A stretch of 64,000 bases of DNA from Bugula neritina. Taxonomy: Eukaryota > Animalia > Bryozoa. Position 1 is the first letter of the stretch. The number at the start of each line of letters is the position of its first letter. The notes beneath the pieces were generated by a model. The model was given only the letters and a program-made list of their open reading frames with translations, was not told the DNA's origin and searched no databases. Shown one piece after another: positions 13,507-41,215 of the stretch. The stretch lies in NCBI GenBank assembly GCA_964035545.1, contig OZ037770.1, forward strand, positions 12,266,642 to 12,330,641, written 5' to 3'. The position numbers were made by a program, and so were the translations under genes.

Positions 13507-16500
13507 CTGCAACAGAAATAAGCTGTATATAATAATATTCTCACTCTGATGTGGAGTTATCTATCTACTGAAAAGTAGGCTAATGAAGAGTTATCTTTCC
13601 ATAAAACTCTGATATTGATTTTAATAAATAATGACTTTTTGCTTACTGCCTGTGTTTTTGAATTAGTTGCTTTTAAAATTAAAAACAGTCATGAAATATA
13701 AAATTGTTAGAAGTTAGCTATTCACTAATCTAGTATAAATATAATTTATACAAAATGAACTACAAGCATATTGCTGATTTTGGTTATAAAATAAAAATAT
13801 TTATAGAGTTTGGAGTTATCATTTACTAGCTGTATCTCAAAAATAGGTTGCAAGAGTGTAAAGCTATCAAATGAGGGTTTAATTCATATATTTCTAATAA
13901 ATTATATGTACGTATGCTATATAAAACTTTATTTTGATTGCAAATTTACCCTTTCACATTATAAATTATAGACTTTGTAGTATAGCTGTATAAAGTCAAA
14001 CAAACTGCAGTGAAATATTACTGAATAGTTGATATTTTCAGAGTCATTTTGCTTGATCAGTTTTTTATACCAATAATTTTTAAAGAGTTACAAGGGTGAA
14101 ATGATCCAAATGTATTTTACAGCATATATAGATTAATTCCATTACTATATGTTATATAACATTATTAAGGTCATAATACTTTGTCCCTTATTACAACTTT
14201 TAGTTCTACAAATAAAAAAGGTTTGGATTTGTCTACTCTCATTGTTGGTGCTGCTATAGCTTTGTTATAAAGTATAACTGTGAAGTTTCCTTGCAACTTA
14301 GTGATTATATAGGTGAGCAAGCACCGAAAGTTACACCGTAGAAAAGTGGACAACTCTCAGTTTGATAGGAACTTATATTTTTCTAATTAGAAAAAAAGAG
14401 TCTTTTCTCAAATTGAGAGTTGCCTACTTTAATAGAAAAATTTTAAAGTAGTACTTTTAAACACAAACCTGTTTTACAAAATCACATTAAGGACTAATTT
14501 GCAAGTTTTTGAAGGTAGCTGATACAGATGGGGGAGGGAAAAGGAAAAAACTATAATAACATTGACTACCATAATAATTATGTTATTGTATGTAATAATT
14601 ACGCTTAATACGCATGTACATTATATAATATATGTATAAAGTATTTATAGGTTACTGCTAGCATATATAACGCACTGTACATAGCAGTCTGATTAAACCG
14701 TTTAAACCTCTATAAATCTCCAGTTACAGAATACATGATTATGACACTACATCTGTTAGTTTAAACACAACACTGGAAACTTTGCGCATATTCAGCCAAA
14801 TAGTGATGCTTTGTCTTGTCAAAATGCTAAACAGCTTACAGTTTTAAATAAATTTCTGCAGCAGTGATAAACTTGACTCACCGCTATTTATCAAGCCCAC
14901 TTTCTGAAATTTAGTGTTAAATAATTTTATTCCAATCACAACTGCACAAATTATTGAGAATAGCAAAATAAAAAAAAAGTAATTAACTATTTAAAAAAAA
15001 GCAAATTAAAAAAGCTGTGTAAAAAGCCTCAAAAATTTCTGGAAATTTTAGCCAGTAGAAGCTTCCATAATTACTATAGATTTGTGTTTTAAATTGAATT
15101 ACCAAACAAATTGAAATTGTGCTGCGTTGTAAGCAGCTTAAAGCTACATAAAAATATGCCCTATAGTCTATACAATGTAAGTAAAATGTTATATTTGAAT
15201 CAATTACATGTATATGATTATGCTTCACAAAATAGCTTTGTTGTTAACTTTGCGATTGTTTTTCTTACACGCTTTACATTTTGAAAGAAATAGAAACAAA
15301 ATGTTTGGATTAGTTTTTTAACAAAGACAAAATGTTATCAAGTTAAATAATCTACCTGCCAAGATTAAATCTTAAAATTCCAAAATAAACAAAAATTTTA
15401 TTTCATAAGTGCAGCTTCACAATACCTACTACCTATAGCTAACTACATTGTTCTATTTACATAATTAATACAGCATTTATCAAATAACAACACCAAACAC
15501 ACTTGCATCATGGCAACTATAGAATTACTAGCTTAAGAAAGCATATGAAAATGTATAATTATTATCAATATATCAATTGTTCATTCAACAATACAAAACT
15601 ACGAGTAAAAAACCCAATTTGTACTAGATGTCCGGCCAGATAAATTTTCTTTTGTATATTGCATTCTGTTGGAAAAATACCCAATCAAAATTTCCATAAT
15701 GAAGTTGAAAACAAGCATCTATTGAATTTAAAGGTGTTCAGGAGTTCCGTTGATGGAAAATGAAAACATGCATGCTTATGAAAACTAACAAGATCTAATA
15801 GCATATATTACACTATCATTTATATTCTCATTACCACTGAATAGCCTATATAGGACTTTGTTAGATCATCAAAAGTGCTATTATTTATGTAGTAGACGTT
15901 ACATCTATATTTGATTTAGTTCGAAAATTGTATGGACAAAAAACTAACTATACGCACTTTGAAAATTTAGCAATACTTGATGCATGAATGTTTCCTTGAA
16001 CTGTTCATGGGTAGAAAGCTTGTGATAGGGATAAAAATTGGTGTATGTAGAACTACAGCTCAAAAATTATTTCAAGTAACAATATTGTTGTAGCTTAGTT
16101 TGCTTGTTGATGAAAAACACATAATATTAATCACAGAAGTTTTCTCTTGTGGAAACTTATACATTTAACATGGCTTTGTCAACACTTCTAACAACGTGTT
16201 GACATAGTATTTTAATTCTATTAATTCATGACGCTGATACATACAATCTGTTTGATAAATTACATTTCAAAAACAGCTTACTAAACTTAGCTACCAATTG
16301 GCTTTTGTCCAATTTGTTTCTTTATTTAATCACAATAATAGTAGTTACAAGTTCACGTTAAGACAAACATCTGGTGTTAGTTCAACAGCTCTTGGGGTCT
16401 TTCATTGCTTAAGCTTATCAGACACATTCTATGAAATGAAAACATAGATTGCCGGTCAAAAGGAAATTAAGCTTAAAATCACATGCTTTAAAAAAAATAT

Positions 16501-16770
16501 TATCACTAAATTCTAGCTATTTGTAATAATGTCAGATTAGTTAATTACAATGACAGTTTACAATAAATTTAATTTTGCGTAATAGGAGACTATTTGGTTT
16601 ATAATGCTTGCAATTTTATGTAAACGTTTTAATAAATGCATTGATAACAAATGAAATGAGGAGTGTACTTTTTGAAAAGAAAAAGCAAACATTTTTTTTC
16701 CAATAGCAAAAAAGAGGCTTAAAAATTATCTATTGTTACTCACTCCTATACATCATAATTATAGCAAAAA

Positions 16771-18621
<1,851 letters not shown>

Positions 18622-19875
18622 TTCTACTGTATCTCAGTCACCTCCTTTTAACAATAACTATTGTATCTAAAACAAATGCGTATTAGAAATATATGAAACA
18701 ATTACATAAGCTACACGTAAAAGTAAAAAGTTTAAAAATTAAAAAAAAAGTTTTGCAGCTTCTGAAAAAGGAATTAAGAGATGCTGTATACAAGCTCAAT
18801 AATGCTTTTAAGTTAGGAAATAAAGAGCGTAGAAATAATAGTTATTTTTATAAAAAAAGACAACTGAAAACATCAGCTTGATACAATTTATGGTTTTTTA
18901 GTTTACATGTTAGCTAGTTAAAAAATTTCCTATAACTTCATAGTTTAAACCAAGCATCAGAATAATAAAGATGACATACTTTTGAATTGAGAAATGCAAG
19001 ATGGTGTTCTAAGTTACAGCGAGTCATTGTTCATGTATAATATTGATAATGAAACATGGTAAAATAAGTATTGTCATTTAAAAAAGAAGCAAGAAATTTT
19101 TGTCAATAAGATAAAAAAAAGATCACTAAAATTTAAAAAATTGTCATGTATGTATACACGTATGTATATTTTAATGGTGAACAAAATAAATTTCATTAGT
19201 AAAAGCTTAGTTATTTTTCAATAATCCAAAATGCAAAATTGTTGACATCTATAATGTAAAAAAGGTGAGTTATAATTTTTGTAGAAACCATCTCAAAAGT
19301 AACCAGTTATTAAAATGAGATACAACAAAAATTTTCATTATTCATAAAATATTATGTAATACAAGTTATAGTTTGCTTATTATAGGTGTAAACCTGGCCA
19401 TTTTTATATTAGTACGAAAGGCAAACAATATGCTCACAACTTTTGATCAAAATCATCCCAGTACTGAGTCATAAAAACTACAGCAGCTGTTTCCATACCA
19501 TGAGAAATAAATAATTAGTTTCACAAACAAAAGAAATAACAATTGAAAACCACATAAAATGTTTATCATTATGAATCACCTGGGAATTCTCCTTTCCAAC
19601 TTTCAACTGTTGTTATTTTATCTGCTGTTTGTTGTCCCTGTTTACTGATTCTTTTAGCTGACACTTTTTGCTGACACTTTTTCTTGACAATGCTAAATGT
19701 ATATTTTATCAGTCCAATGCAAGCCAACTGTAAGTGTAGTTACAGAGAAATAAATGTATTGCCTAGTCCATATGCAAAGGGAAAGTACTATGGACCTTGT
19801 AGTATTTATAACTGCAAACAAAGCTCATTCAGAATAAACAATAGATTACTATGTGAACAGATTGATTAACAACAG

Positions 19876-20133
<258 letters not shown>

Positions 20134-21917
20134 TATGCTAGGCAATAGTTGCTAACTTTACTACTTTAAGAGTTAATTAATTACAACTGTATTTTTCAAA
20201 ATTTAGAAAATATAAGTTCAAGTATACTGGGTGAAGTTGCTGTAATTATATCAGCCTATAATTATTATATCACAGACATATATTATGCTACAATAATGAT
20301 ATATTTTAATACTATTACTGAAGCTATTTGATTATTACTAAAATGCAGCTATATTCAATTAATGTTTGTTAGAAAGTTACAATATTATTAAATTTGGTAA
20401 AATGTTTTATACAGCAAAAAACTGTTAACTATGCCAGCAAACATGCTTATGACATATATTATAAGCGTTTTATAAGCCATGATTGCACAATTTAACAGTT
20501 ATAAAATAAACTCATGCAAGTTTATATATAAATACTGCCTTTAAGTCAAGTTGGCTTTTTGTGTTTCTGTAAATGGAGTTTCAGTTTGCCACAAACAATG
20601 AGTATATATATAGCTACAGATCACTGCATATGAATGTTACTTATATTCGTCCAAGGTCAATCCAAGGTCAACAGCAACTTTCAAGAACAGCAAAGTATAA
20701 TAAAAGTTAATAAAAAAGCTGAATAAAGTTTCTTAGTTAGTAAATAATTGCAGAAATAATTGCTAACATTTTTGTAATAAGCTAATTCTATATCAACAAG
20801 TATAGCTATAATAATATACTTTGAGGTTAGTTTCATAAAGTTGTCTTCTCTTGTCACAAATCTCGTCTCAGCACCTATAATAAATATAACTTATTGTGCT
20901 ACTATGAAACTATATTAGAAAGGCTTTGAACATTCTGTTTATAAGAGTTGCAACCACAGAAACTTTAACAAGAATTAATATAGAGTCAAAATTAACCCTC
21001 TTTACTTTCTCTATAAGTGCAATGGGATGGCAAATGAAACTTTATGCTTATGTTTATCTCCCAAAACTTTTTATAAAGGTTGAAAATTTATTTTATTCAA
21101 TGTTTTTCAACTTTCTCAACGTGTAAGAAAATTATTACAGTTGATCCATATGTAACAGCTGAAGTTGTATCAAAGGCAGCCACCAACATACAAGTTATAA
21201 AAACCAAACAACTTTGCTAAAATTCTATTTCAATTCTGACATCTAATATAGCTTTGTTGAAACTCATTTTAATACACTATGCAGTAAAATACCAACACTC
21301 TAGTTTGATATTAGAACACAAATGTTAAATTGAAAAAGAATAATATGCAGTTTGTTCAATGCAGGCATATGCATGGATAAATAATCTAAAGAATTCACAG
21401 CTTATAGGCAGTATTAATTTTTGTCTCTATTTTATTTGGCAAAGAGTTGTGTGTATAACATGATTAACAATATTGCACTCTTCCAAAATAAACATAGGCT
21501 TAAAAAACTAGCTATCAAAAATTGGCATCATATGTGTTGGAATTTAAAAAAACCTGTTTATTAAGTATAAATCAAAAGATTATTTGCCTATATGTAAAAG
21601 TAATGCAACAACTTAACTTTATAGGCAGGTCAAATATTGGTGATTGCTTTTTTAAAGTAATTTAACTGCTATTTAACAGTTTTGAGCCAAGAAACTTGCT
21701 TATAATTATTATAATAGTTCTTTCTGATGCAATATGCCATTCAGCAGAAAGATATTTTACTGGCTATACAATATGGACAACAAATTTTTAAAAAAATGCA
21801 CTTCAATACTTTGGTCAATGAGAAAGAATATACTATTCACTCTAATTTATATTACATAATAGTAGCCATGGCCTATGCAATTCAAACTATCAGCTATATT
21901 ATATACACATCAGTGTA

Positions 21918-22117
21918 TTACTCTTCTTGTTCAGGTTGCACTTGTTGGGCGACCATCTTGTCTGTAGCTGACATATCGAAACACTCCTCCAGCTTACTGG
22001 CAATCAGTGCTGACTTTTTTTGGATGGATCTTTTTTACTCAAGTATTTTGGGTCTTTCGGAGAGAGAGGCTGTTGTGTGAGCTTCATATATACCAGGTAT
22101 GTTACTAGAGTGGTGAG
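21918..22117 (-). pseudogene. Frameshifted duplicate of the SLC18B1-like terminal exon (unit B)
   Basis: 200 nt versus 198 nt: +2 in a T-run at ~22015-22021 gives ...DPSKKSQH*; also a K->M change. Confidence 0.8.
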
Positions 22118-25100
22118 CTGCAACAGAAATCAGCTGTATAATAATATTCCCGCTCTGATGTGGAGTTATCTGTCTACTGAAAAAGTAAGCTAATGAAGAG
22201 TTATCTTTCCATAACACTCTGATATTGATTTTAAGGAATAATGACTTTTTGCTTACTGCCTATGTTTTTGAATTAGTTGCTTTTAAAATTAAAAACAGTC
22301 ATGAAATATAAAATTGTTAGAAGTTAGCTATTCACTAATTTAGTATAAATATAATTTATACAAAATGAACTACAAGCATATTGCTGATTTTGGTTATAAA
22401 ATAAAAATATTTATAGAGTTTGGAGTTATCATTTACTAGCTGTATCTCAAAAATAGGTTGCAAGAGTGTAAAGCTATCAAATGAGGGTTTAATTCATATA
22501 TTTCTAATAAATTATATGTACGTATGCTATATAAAACTTTATTTTGATTGCAAATGTACCCTTTCACACTATAAATTATAGACTTTGTAGTATAGCTGTA
22601 TAAAGTCAAACGAACTGCAGTGAAATATTACTGAATATTTGAACATTTCAGAGTCATTTTGCTTGATCAGTTTTTTATACCAATAATTTTTAAAGAGTTA
22701 CAAGGGTGAAATGATCCAAATGTATTTTACAGCATATATAGATTAATTCCATTACTATATGTTATATAACATTATTAAGGTCATAATACTTTGTCCCTTA
22801 TTACAACTTTTAGTTCTACAAATAAAAAAGGTTTGGATTTGTCTACTCTCATTGTTGGTGCTGCTATAGCTTTGTTATAAAGTAAAATTGTGAAGTTTCC
22901 TTGCAAATTAGTGATTATATAGGTGAGCAAGCACCGAAAGTTACACCGTAGAAAAGTGGACAACTCTCAGTTTAATAGGAACTTATATTTATCCAATTAG
23001 AAAAAGAAAGTCTTTTCTCAAATTGAGAGTTGCCTGCTTTAATATGAAAATTTTAAAGTAGTACTTTTAAACACAAACCTGTTTTACAAAATCACATTAA
23101 GGACTAATTTGCAAGTTTTTGAAGGTAGCTGATACAGATGGGGGAGGGAAAAGGAAAAAACTATAATAACATTGACTACCATAATAATTATGTTATTGTA
23201 TGTAATAATTACGCTTAATGCACATGTACATTATATAATATATGTATAAATTATTTATATGTTACTGCTAGCATATATAACACATTGTACATAGCAGTAT
23301 GATTAAACCGTTTAAACCTCTATAAATCTCCAGTTACAGAATACATGATTATGACATCACATCTGTTAGTTTAAACACAACACTGGAAACTTTGCGAATA
23401 TTTAGCCAAATAGTGATGTTTTGTCTTGTCAAAATGCTAAACAGCTTATAGTTTTAAATAAATTTCTGCAGCAGTGATAAACTTGACTGACTGCTATTTA
23501 TCGAGCCCACTTTTTGAAATTTAGTTTTATAATTTTATTCCAATCACAACTGTACAAATTATTGAGAATAGCAATTGCGATTTTAAAATGAAATAAAAGT
23601 AATTCACCATTGTGAGAAAAAACAATTGACTACCCAATCGTAAAAGCTGTAAACCACAAAAACTCTTGCATGGGAGTTTTGGCCAGTAGAAGCTTCCATG
23701 ATTACTATAGATTTGTGTTTAAATTGAATTACCAAACAAATTGAAATTGTGCTGCGTTGTAAGCAGCTTAAAGCTACATAAAAATATGCCCTATACAATG
23801 TAAGTAAAATGTTATATTTGAATCAATTACATGTATATGATTATGCTTCACAAAATAGCTTTGTTGTTAACTTTGCGATTGTTTTTCTTACACGCTTTAC
23901 ATTTTGAAAGAAATAGAAACAAAATGTTTGGATTAGTTTTTTAACAAAGACAAAATGTTATCAAGTTAAATAATCTACCTGCCAAGATTAAATCTTAAAA
24001 TTCCAAACTAAACAAAAATTTTATTTCATAAGTGCAGCTTCACAATACCTACTACCTATAGCTAACTACATTGTTCTACTTACATAATTAAAACAACATT
24101 TATCAAATAACAACACCAAACACACTTGCCTCATGGCAACTATAGAATTACTAGCTTAAGAAAGCATATGAAAATGTATAACTATTATCAATATATCAAT
24201 TGTTCATTCAACAATACAAAACTACGAGTAAAAAACCCAATTTGTACTAGATGTCCGGCCAGATAAATTTTCTTTTGTATATTGCATTCTGTTGGAAAAA
24301 TACCCAATCAAAATTTCCATAATGAAGTTGAAAACAAGCATCTATTGAATTTAAAGGTGTTCAGGAGTTCCGTTGATGGAAAATGAAAACATGCATGCTT
24401 ATGAAAACTAACAAGATCTAATAGCATATATTACACTATCATTTATATTCTCATTACTACTGAATAGCCTATATAGGACTTTGTTAGATCATCAATAGTG
24501 CTATTATTTATGTAGTAGACGTTACATCTATATTTGATTTAGTTCGAAAATTGTATGGACAAAAAACTAACTATACGTACTTTGAAAATTTAGCAATACT
24601 TGATGCATGAATGTTTCCTTGAACTGTTCATGGGTAGAAAGCTTGTGATAGGGATAAAAATTGGTGTATGTAGAACTACAGCTCAAAAATTATTTCAAGT
24701 AACAATATTGTTGTAGCTTAGTTTGCTTGTTGATGAAAAACACATAATATTAATCACAGAAGTTTTCTCTTGTGGAAACTTATACATTTAACATGGCTTT
24801 GTCAACACTTCTAACAACGTGTTGACATAGTATTTTAATTCTATTAATTCATGACGCTGATACATACAGTCTGTTTGATAAATTACATTTCAAAAACAGC
24901 TTACTAAACTTAGCTACCAATTGGCTTTTGTCCAATTTGTTTCTTTATTTAATCACAATAATAGTAGTTACAAGTTCATGTTAAGATAAACATCTGGTGT
25001 TAGTTCAACAGCTCTTGGGGTCTTTCATTGCTTAAGCTTATCAGACACATTCTATGAAATGAAAACATAGATTGCCGGTCAAAAGTAAATTAAGCTTAAA

Positions 25101-25391
25101 ATCACATGCTTTAAAAAAAATATTATCACTAAATTCTAGCTATTTGTAATAATGTCAGATTAGTTAATTACAATGACAGTTTACAATAAATTTAATTTTG
25201 CGTAATAGGAGACTTTGGTTTATAATGCTTGCAATTTTATGTAAACGTTTTAATAAATGCATTAATAACAAATGAAATGAGGAGTGTACTTTTTGAAAAG
25301 AAAAAGCAAACATTTTTTTTCCAATAGCAAAAAAGAGGCTTGAAAATTATCTATTGTTACTCACTCCTATACATCATAATTATAGCAAAAA

Positions 25392-27228
<1,837 letters not shown>

Positions 27229-30200
27229 TTCTACTGTATCTCAGTCACCTCCTTTTAGCAATAACTATTGTATCTAAAACAAATGCATATTAGAAATATG
27301 TGAAACAATTATATAGGCTAAAAGTAAAAAGTTTAAGAATTAAAAAACAAATATTTTGCAGTTTCTGAAAAGGAGATTGAGAGACACTATACAAATTCAA
27401 TAATATACCTTTAAGTTAGGAAATAAAGAGCGTAGAAATAATACTTATTTTTGTAGAAAAGGACAAGTGAAAAAATTGGTTTGCTATATAATTACTGGTT
27501 TTTCAGTTTAAATGTTAGAGCGGTTAGTTAGTTAAAAGTAACGAACACTTTCTTATTTAACTTCATAGTTGGAACTCAGCATTAGAATAATAAAAATTAC
27601 ATGCTTTTGAATTGAGAAATGCAAGATGGTTTTCTAAGCAGCATTGAGTTATGGTTCATGTATAATTTTGATAATAAAACATGGTAGAATAAATATTGTC
27701 ATTTAAAAATGAAACAGGGGATTTTTGTTAATAGTAAGTTAAAAAAATATATTACTACAATTTAAGAAAGTGTCTTATATGTATGTATGTATGCACGTGT
27801 TTATATTTAAATAGTGAACAAAATAAATTTCAATACTAACAGCTTAGTTATTTTTTCATAATACAAAATAAAATCTTTTTTACATCTATGTAAAAGGGTG
27901 AGTTATAATTTTTGTAGAAACTATTTAAACAGTAATCAGTTATTGAGGTGCAATACAACAAAAATCTGCATTATTTTATGACTGAAAAAATATGTAATAA
28001 AAGTTATAGTTTGCTTATGTAATTGTAAGTGTGAACTTGGCCATTTTTATATTAGTTTGAAAGGCAAACAATATGCTGACAATTTTTGATTGCATGAAGT
28101 CATTCCACTGAGTCATAAAAACTACAGCAGCTGTTTACATTTAATGAGAAATAAATAATTAGTTTCACAAGCAAAAGAAATAACAATTGAAGGCCACATG
28201 AAATGTTTATCATTATATGAATCACCTGGGAATTCTCTTTTCCAACTTTCAATTGTTGTTATTTTATCTGCTGTTTGTTGTCCCTGTTTGCTGATTCTTT
28301 AGCTGACACCTTTTGCTGACACTTTTTCTTGACAGTGCTAAATATATATTTTATCAGTTCAATGCAAGCCGACTGTAAGTATAGTTACAGAGGAATAAAT
28401 GTATTGCCTATAGTCCATATAATGCAACAAGAAAGTACTATGGACCTTGTAGTATTTATAACTGCAAACAAAGCTCATTCAGAATAAACAATAGATTTCT
28501 ATGTGAACAGATTGATTAACAACAGTATACATAGTATGTTATGCAGTATAGCTGCTAACTTTAATTTACTACTTTAAGAGTTAATTAATTACAACTGTAT
28601 TTTTCAAAATTTAGAAAATATAAGTTCAAGTATACTGGGTGCAGTTGCTGTAATTATATCAGCCTTTATTATCACAGACATATATTATGCTACAATAATA
28701 ATATATTTTAATACTATTACTGCAAAGCTATTTAATTATTAGTAAAATGTAACTATATTCAATTAATGTTTGTTAAAAAAATTACATTATTGCTAGATTT
28801 GGTAAAATGTTTTATACAGCAAGAAACTGTTAACTACCAGCACACATGCTGCTGATGACAGATATTATAAACGTTTTATAAGCCATGATTGCACAATTTA
28901 ACAGTTATAAAATAAACTCATGCAAGTTTATATATAAAGACTGCCCTTAAGTCAAGTTGGCTTTTTGTGTTTCTGTAAATGGAGTTTTAGTTTGCCACAA
29001 ACAATGAGTATATATATAGCTACAGATCACTGCATATGAATGTTACTTATATTTGCCCAAGGTCAATCCAAGGTCAACAGCAACTTTCAAGAACAGCAAA
29101 GTATAGTAACAGTTAATAAAAAAGCTGAATAAAGTTTCTTAGTTAGTAAATAATTGCAGAAATAATTGCTAACATTTTTGTAATAAGCTAATTTCATATC
29201 AAAAAGTAGCTATATAGCACTTTGAGGTTTGTTTCATAAAGTTATCTTCCCTTGTCACAAATCTCTTCTTAACACCTATAATAAATATAACTTCTTGTGC
29301 CATTTTGAAACTACATTAGGGGAACTTTGAGCATTTTGTCTATATGAGTTTCGACTGCAGAAACTTTAACAAGAAATAATATAGATATAGAGTCAAAATT
29401 AACCCCCTTTACTTTCTCTACGTACAATGGAATGGCAAATTAAACTTTATGCTTATTTTTATCTCACAAAACTTTTTATAAAGGTTGAAAATTTATTTTA
29501 TTCAATGTTTTTCAACTTTCTCAACGTGTAAGAAAACTATTACAGTTGATCCATATCATGTAAAAACTGAAGTTGTATCAAAGGCTGCCACCAACGTGTA
29601 AGTTATAAAAACAAACAGCTTTGCTAAAATTCTATTTCAACTCTGAAATCTAATATAGCTTTGTTGAAACTCATTTTAATACACTATACACTAAAATACC
29701 AACACTCTAGTTTGATAATAGAACGCAAATGTTAAATTGAAAGAGAATAATTTGCAGTTTTTTCAATGCAGGCGCATGCATCGATAAATAGTCTAAAGAA
29801 TTCACAGCTTATAGGCAGTAATAACTTTTGTTTCTATTTTATTTGGCAAAGAGTTGATTGGATAACATGATTAAAAATATTGCATTCTCCCAAAATAAAC
29901 ATAAACTTAAAAACTGGCAATCAGAAATTGGCATCATATTATGTGTTGAAACTTAAAAAAACTTGTTTATATCAAGTATAAGTCAAAAAATTATTTGCCT
30001 ATATGTAAAAGTAATTCAACAACAACAAATTTTAGTGATTGCTTTTTTAAAATAATTTAACTGCTATTTAGCAGTTTTGAGCCAAGAAACTTGCTTAATT
30101 ATTACAAAAGTTCTTTCTGATGCAATATGCTATTCAGCAGAAAGATATTTTACTGGCTATACAATATGGACAACAAATTTTTAAAATAATGCACTTCAAT

Positions 30201-30314
30201 GCTTTGGTCAATGAGAAAGAAATATACGATTCACCCTGATTTGTATTACATAATAGTAGCCATGGCCTATATAACAATTCAAACTATCAGATATACTATA
30301 TACACATCAGTGTA

Positions 30315-39804
<9,490 letters not shown>

Positions 39805-40687
39805 CTTAAATCATGTAAACTGAAACATATAGGAGAGAACTGAACAGCTTGTCAGCGAACTAAATATTATAATTTTAATAATTATTGCGCATTACAACTT
39901 ATTTGTCTAAAAGGAAATAAAGAGTGCTCCTGAAAACAAAATTAATTGATTTTTATCAACTCAATATTCAAAATTAGCGAAATGATATTCAAATCGTACT
40001 TTAGAGCTCATTTAATTATAATATAAAAATGTATTTATAGTAAAAAAATGATAAAATTACTTCAGTATTGCTGCGTATTGAATTATCACAGAGTGTATTG
40101 CAACTCATCTGATATAACATAATAATATATATATGCTACTATTAGAGATAAATATTCAGATTTAGGAGCTTGGAATAATTGCAAGTTTGTTGCCTACCTT
40201 TGACTAGTATTTCCAAAGTCACACAAAGAAAGTTCCAGAAGGTAGTGGATTGTAAACTATAGCCAAATGTTTGAAAAAGCTATAAAGCAGCTCTATAAAT
40301 AAGTCTACATATATAGGTGACTGAACAGTAACTGAAATACTTAATGTAATCTGTCAAAAGCCATTTTCCTACGATTCTTAGAGAGGTGCATTCATTGCCA
40401 GCTCACGCTGTCAACAAGTGAATCAATGAATGCAAGAAGACTTACATATAACTCAACCATTAATCACTGTTGCATGTATTGCATGCTTCAGTGGTCAGTT
40501 GGAAACTCTCTAAAGGTAGCTGATTAAAGCATTCAAGTGAAAACCATTTATAATAATCCTTATTAAGTATCATTTAAAATATTGTAATTTTCACTAACTC
40601 CATAAAGGTAAATACCTACAAAATTTTTAATAATATTACTTCATTATAACTAAATTTTGTGCTTTAAAAACTCTGCAAGTTTATAGC

Positions 40688-40702
40688 TATACTATAGTAT
40701 AG

Positions 40703-40780
<78 letters not shown>

Positions 40781-40824
40781 GTATAGTATAATATACATAT
40801 ATATATATATAATATATAGTATAG

Positions 40825-40880
<56 letters not shown>

Positions 40881-40967
40881 GTATAGTATAATATACATAT
40901 ATATATATATAATATATAGTATAGTATAATATATATATAATATATATATAGTATATAGTATAGTATA

Positions 40968-41011
<44 letters not shown>
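40688..41011. repeat. (TA)n with periodic TAGTATAGTA interruptions
   Basis: Read directly from the sequence. Confidence 0.95.
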
Positions 41012-41014
<3 letters not shown>

Positions 41015-41215
41015 TATAGTTCAAGGTCATTAGACATATCGAAAAGAGCACCAGGCTATATAATATATATGCCCTTTGTGTCACAATAATAGAAGCAAGT
41101 TCTTAGGTGAAATAAGACTTTAAAAAACTTGAGTTTGCAAAAATAAAAAATGAATACAGATCACAAAGCATTATTGCATAGAGATATTGCACAATTATTC
41201 TAACTTAGCCCGGTG

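Noticed and set aside
13124-13549. Plus-strand 141-aa ORF (and 21727..22080)
   Set aside because: Antisense shadow of the MFS terminal exon; not intact in the third unit.
14345-14430. Short imperfect inverted repeat (caactctcagtttga / tcaaattgagagttg) near the duplication junction
   Set aside because: Could be a MITE remnant, but no termini or TSD could be defined, and it lies ~230 bp from the breakpoint, so no mechanistic claim is supportable.
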